The translations under genes were made by a program, and so were the position numbers. Shown here in pieces: positions 59,213 to 64,000 of a stretch of 64,000 nucleotides of DNA. Below the pieces are notes generated by a model. That model saw nothing but the letters and a program-made list of their open reading frames with translations. It ran no database searches and was not told where the DNA came from. The stretch's first letter is position 1, and every line of letters starts with the position of its first letter. This DNA comes from the human T2T-CHM13v2.0 reference genome, Homo sapiens, in NCBI RefSeq assembly GCF_009914755.1, contig NC_060938.1; one strand, given 5' to 3'.

Positions 59213-59244
59213 AATAAAGAGCACATTTCATTGATTCTAAAATC
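59213..59244 (+). repeat. 32-bp exact dispersed duplicate of 63957-63988
   Basis: aataaagagcacatttcattgattctaaaatc is present at both positions. Confidence 0.95.
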
Positions 59245-59367
59245 ATTTACAGTGTCATTTTGCAGAGGCCATGGGTTCAAAAATGGAAAAAGTAAAGGCC
59301 TAAATGGGTATCAAGGCGTCATGGGAGCATGATGTGAAGAATATAGTTTATGAGGTATACTGCATAC

Positions 59368-59868
59368 TACAGTGGCTTTAAAATGTGTCTGTTCCATAAC
59401 AGGGTAGAGATATTTGACCCTTCCAGGGACTGGGCCAGATTGTGTCACTGCACTGAAGAATGGAATACAATAATGATACTGTAGTTCTTCAGAAGCTACA
59501 TTAGAAAAACCCATGCAGTTCTTGGAACACTTGGCCTGGCAGTCTTATAGAAGTCTGGCTACCTTGAAGCTGCCATGAGAAGAAATCATGTAAAGAGACA
59601 AGAATGAGAGAGAGACAAAGAGAAGAGACAGACAGCCCTGAGGAGTCCAGCTGTAGGAGCTTCTTAGTCCAGGCACTAGTTATTTGAATAAAGAAGCATT
59701 GAAGATTACTGCAGACCTAGCCACCCTCTAGCTGCAATTATATGGGATACCCTGAATTTTTTAGCTGAGCCTCTCAACTCCCAGATTTGTGAACAAAACA
59801 AATGATTATTATTGTTATAAGCTACTCTTTTGGGATGGTTTGTTACATAGCAATGAATAATCAGAACA
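59368..59868 (+). mobile_element. MLT1H-like MaLR LTR
   Basis: agaagtctggctaccttgaagctgccatg...ttttgggatggtttgttacatagcaatgaataatcagaaca. Confidence 0.8.
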
Positions 59869-60044
59869 ATGTGACCTTTCAGACAAGTTGGTCACATCAC
59901 ACAAATTATTTAATGATTGAGTATGGACATGGAATTTTCTAATTTTGCTTAACATCATTTAATACTTACTTAGGTTATCAAAGAGTCATATCCAGAAAAG
60001 AAAACTAATATGAGCTGATGAACTTAAAAAAGAGATTCTCTCAC

Positions 60045-61045
60045 TAAACACATGTTTATTGAGCATCTACTATATGCTGGGTAATATTCTAGGCTCCAAG
60101 ACTACATCACTAAATAAGACAATAAATAGACAAATTCTTTACCCCTATAGTCCTATTAAAAAGCAGACAATAAGTAAGGAAATATGGATAAAATAATTCC
60201 AGGTAGTGATGTGATAAGAAGCAATAAATCATGGTATGGAAATTAGAGATATGCTATCTTAAGATAGGGGAATCAGAGAAGGTGTTTACTAGAGGGTAGT
60301 ATTTGAAAACTAACATTCAAAGCAGAAAGACCAATGCGTCTAAAGTAGAGCAAGTAAAAATGGGAGTCATATGAAATGATGATGAGGAATTTTAATTCCA
60401 TTTTGGGTGAGATGAAAAGCCATGGGAGGAATCTGATCAGGATAATGAGATTTTTTTTTGTTATTTCTGAGTGCATAGTAAGAATTTTCCAGCCTTCAAG
60501 CCATTGGGTATAGGCATGTGTCTGAGTTCTAGTCAATAGACTGACTGGAACTAATGTATATCTGCCCATAAAAATCTCCCATGTATGCCCATTCAAGCTC
60601 CGTCCCATTTCCCGATGACAGGGATGGAGGCAACATCCATAGTAACCTTAGCAGCCACAAATTGAAGATGGCAGAGACATGATCAGCCCTGATACCTGAA
60701 TGACCACATGGAACAACCTCCCCACCACACACACACAAGTACACTCAGCAGCATTATCAACTAGTAAATACTCTGTACTCTTTCATGAACAAAATCTGAA
60801 GTTCTTTTGGGTAATTACATGTATGGGTATATTTATTAACTTAGCCCAGGCTACTTTATCTAATATAGCAGGTGAATTTCTAAAAGAGGGGCTACAGTGG
60901 AAAGAATAACAATAGAAAGACTATTTTAATCAACCAGGAGTGATACATCGATGATTTGGACATGTGTGGTAGCAGTGAACATGGAAAGATAGGATCTGAT
61001 TAAAAGTATATTTTGAAGATAGAACCAGAAGGACTGGCTGATAAA
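60045..61045 (-). mobile_element. L2 fragment interrupted by an MLT1 LTR
   Basis: tttattgagcatctactatatgctggg...; resumes gtggtagcagtgaa..atctga..tatattttgaagatagaaccagaagga. Confidence 0.75.
60472..60867 (+). mobile_element. MLT1J-like MaLR LTR
   Basis: catgtgtctgagttctagtcaat...ttgaagatggcagag...cctgaatgaccacatggaaca...ctaatata. Confidence 0.7.
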
Positions 61046-63472
61046 TCACCTTCAAGAATGCAGTAAGAAAATTTGAAAATTCCTCTAATCCTTCTACATT
61101 TTTGTAAAACTAGATGATAGAATTTTCCTGGCTCACTTTTACCTGAAAATAGAACACACAGAATTCCATAGTAAGTGCAAAACAGACCTCTTTCTTATGC
61201 AGAATTTTTGGAGAAAGTGGAAGAAATCTCAAGCCATGATTCTTAGACTTCATAGACAATTAAAGGTAAAAGAAGAGTAAGAAACCAAATTTAATTAGAA
61301 GGATATCTTTAGAGAAAACTGTGAGATGCAACTTCTTCCAAACCCAAGGTGGAGAAAGGAGAACCTGTCTGTTTCATCTCAATCATACTGAGGAGCTTTC
61401 CATGGGACCTGTCAGCTTTGAAATATTTTCCCTCCAATGTTGCCTGACTCATATCTGAAGAAACTAAAACCTGTGTGGCAAGAGAACAGAGGTAGTACAC
61501 TGAAATTTATGTGCTCTCATAGTCTATTGGTAAGCATTTCCAACAGACAGATGTGAGTCTCACAGGGAAGGGACATGACCATGTCTTGGGCTCTGTTTAG
61601 TTGGCTGCTTAGAGGAAAAAGGGAGAAGCCGTCAGCAGAAAAGGGGTAGGGGTATAGCACAAGATGTTCAGGAAATGTGGCATATTCATGGACTCAGGGA
61701 AACGCCCATCACTGGACACCTCTCTTTGATCTACATAGATGTATATATCGTCTAGGTAGAGAAACTTTCTAAGGGTCCATTAACATGTCACCAAGGAATT
61801 GGGGAAGCTTTATATAGAGAAGATCTTCATAGCTCACTCTGAGCTACGGTGGTCAGAACCTATCTATCAGGCTGGGGTTGGGTTAAGTGGAGAGGTAGGT
61901 GGAGAGGTAACAGACAAAAAAGCCACCTGTGCTCCATCTCCCTTTCTTACTTCAGGTCTCCAGCCAAAGTGGACCCAAGCTGGGGAGGGGAGAAATTTTT
62001 GCATTAAATCAGGTTTAGAGTTATTACTATTTTGGACCATGCATCCAAAACACTGAACTAAATGTGGGTTTGTGATTATGAATATACTACAGAACATTCA
62101 AAGAGGCCACTATACACTAAAATACAGTAATGTCTTGGTATTTTGAACCATACATGTTCAACACAGTGATTTAATTCATGAGAGAAGAGAGATGTAGGCA
62201 TTTCTAAATAGAACGAATCATGAAAACAGAGACCTTTACATGGAAGTGACATATCTAACAGGAGTTTGGAAAGCATTGAGCTCAGGGTGTACAACACATG
62301 GCTAGGAAATCAATGTAACATTCCCTTCAGGTGTATTAGGCAACTGCTTCTCTCCTAACTTATGAGAAATGTAGCTCAGACACTGCAATTTCTTAAAAAA
62401 CTATAAGAAAAGGCATTGATGCTACATTAATAAATGTTCTCCCAAAGTAGTAAACCATGTGAGATTTGTATTCAGTTTTCTACTTCTTATCTACATAGAG
62501 TGTTATCTCCATTATTTACTTTACACTCTTCTCTATTTTTAAAAAAGTAGAATAAAGAATTCTGAAATGTTTCTTGAATTTTATTTCTATCAGCACTCTA
62601 CACTCTTATTCTGTGCATGGACATTCTTAAATGAGGATGGGAATTCGATGCACAAAATATCTTTATGCTTACTCAGAAACCTGGTCCATGGATCCTGATT
62701 TAATTACAGAGAAGAATGAGAGGAGATAAACCTAGATTTCTATATCTACTGTATCCATGACACAATTAATCTAAGACTCACAGAGGTCTACACATTCAGA
62801 AGCCTTGAAAATAATTTCTTTGATGTAATAAAGAGAAAACTGTTTTCCTTAACTGAATTTCTTGACTTCTGTAGACCAGAAATCAGATGCCTCATATTAT
62901 TGTAGTGGTTTTTTCTCCCCACAGTTTAATCTAGGATCCTTTAAAACCAAGGCTACTTCTAAATTCAGTAAGATTATATACAAACTTGATTTTATGAATT
63001 ATGTGAATGCCACTGCTGAGAAGTCTCACTGGCAATATAATATGATTATGCAAATGTACACATCAGACAAATTAAAGGCATAAAAAGAAATCATAAAATT
63101 GAAGAAATAAATTTTTAAGGCTTTGTTTATTTCAGGTCTTTTATGTCAAAGTTGGAAACTTTCTTTTGTAAGGATACAGGTGAAAACTGTTAGGTAGGGT
63201 AGAGAGGAGAAAATCATACCCTAGGCACATATTTGTTGTTCACTGGGTTAGTCCCTTACAAAGGGTGCATAAGCAACACAGATATTTTATATTGGACATT
63301 TTGCCAGTTGTACATGGATTCAATATAGTTGCAAATGATCCCATTATGAAAATTAAATTCAATGCATCATTTTTCTCTAACAAGTTACTGTTCTTGATAA
63401 ACTAATGGAATAAAAGATTCTGCATTGTATTCATGGCACTTAAGGATAGATGTTGCAGTACTTTAATATTAC

Positions 63473-63535
63473 ACTTTAATCATTATACTTCAATACTTCA
63501 ATGCTTTAATCATCATACTTCAATACTTTAATAAT
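63473..63535. repeat. Imperfect tandem repeat of about 30 bp
   Basis: ctttaatcat(t/c)atacttcaatact occurs twice. Confidence 0.8.
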
Positions 63536-63829
63536 TACAGCAAGATTTGGTAGATTATTTTATGCCTACTTAGAAAAGCAAGTATTTTTAAAGCAAACAA
63601 AAAATAGAAATGAAACAAACACCGATTACAATACAATTTTTCTATTTCTCTTTTAAAAAAATGGGGTAGAGAGAGAACAGAATCTGGTTGCTCACTGACA
63701 CAAGGCTTAAAATGAGCCCCATTTCTCAATACTAATATTTTAAAAATAAAAGTTGGATACTTCCATTGTGAATTCTTTGTTTTCTATATATTTCCATATA
63801 CGATTACTTTGTATTTCTGTATTCCATAA

Positions 63830-63962
63830 AGAACTGTAACTCCTTTGAGGGCAGACATTTAGTCACTGATCTTTGCAGTCACACTCATGCATTCCTTACA
63901 TTTGCTGAGTCCTTAGCCCATGGTAGTTGTGCAGTAGAAGTTCATTAAACAATTGAAATAAA
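63830..63962 (+). mobile_element. L2 3' end
   Basis: actgtaactcctttgagggcagac...ccttagcccatggt...gcagtagaagttcattaaac. Confidence 0.6.
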
Positions 63963-63965
63963 GAG

Positions 63966-64000
63966 CACATTTCATTGATTCTAAAATCCATCTTTATTTT
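63966..64000 (+). mobile_element. Possible MER104 (TcMar-Tc2) left terminus, cut by the window edge
   Basis: catttcattgattctaaaat resembles the recalled MER104 terminus ccgtatttcatcgattctaagat. Confidence 0.4.

Overview
This is AT-rich primate (human-type) genomic DNA, not microbial: it carries AluJ/S/Y, L1PA3-6, MaLR LTRs, MIR, L2 and MER DNA transposons, and has no operons, rRNA, tRNA or CRISPR. The whole window lies inside MDGA2 (MAM domain-containing GPI anchor 2) on the minus strand. Two consecutive coding exons are visible: 30374->30045 (330 nt) and 4139->3846 (294 nt), each encoding one Ig domain (probably Ig4 and Ig5) with canonical AG/GT phase-1 boundaries. Everything else is intron, and almost all other ORFs in the track are Alu/L1/low-complexity artefacts. 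I find no support for a new gene system. The most unusual observations are footprints of mutational mechanisms: (1) an exact 32-bp copy of sequence 4.7 kb away, flanked by 10-bp microhomology (likely templated insertion); (2) a 153-bp twin-primed inverted L1 inside an Alu inside a MIR, at an endonuclease site apparently created by CpG decay; (3) a second inverted L1 with a large internal deletion; (4) an Alu-L1 composite bounded by one target duplication; (5) a perfect 37-bp AT palindrome; (6) several RFX X-box motifs. Repeat subfamily names are from recalled consensus sequences and need RepeatMasker/Dfam confirmation.
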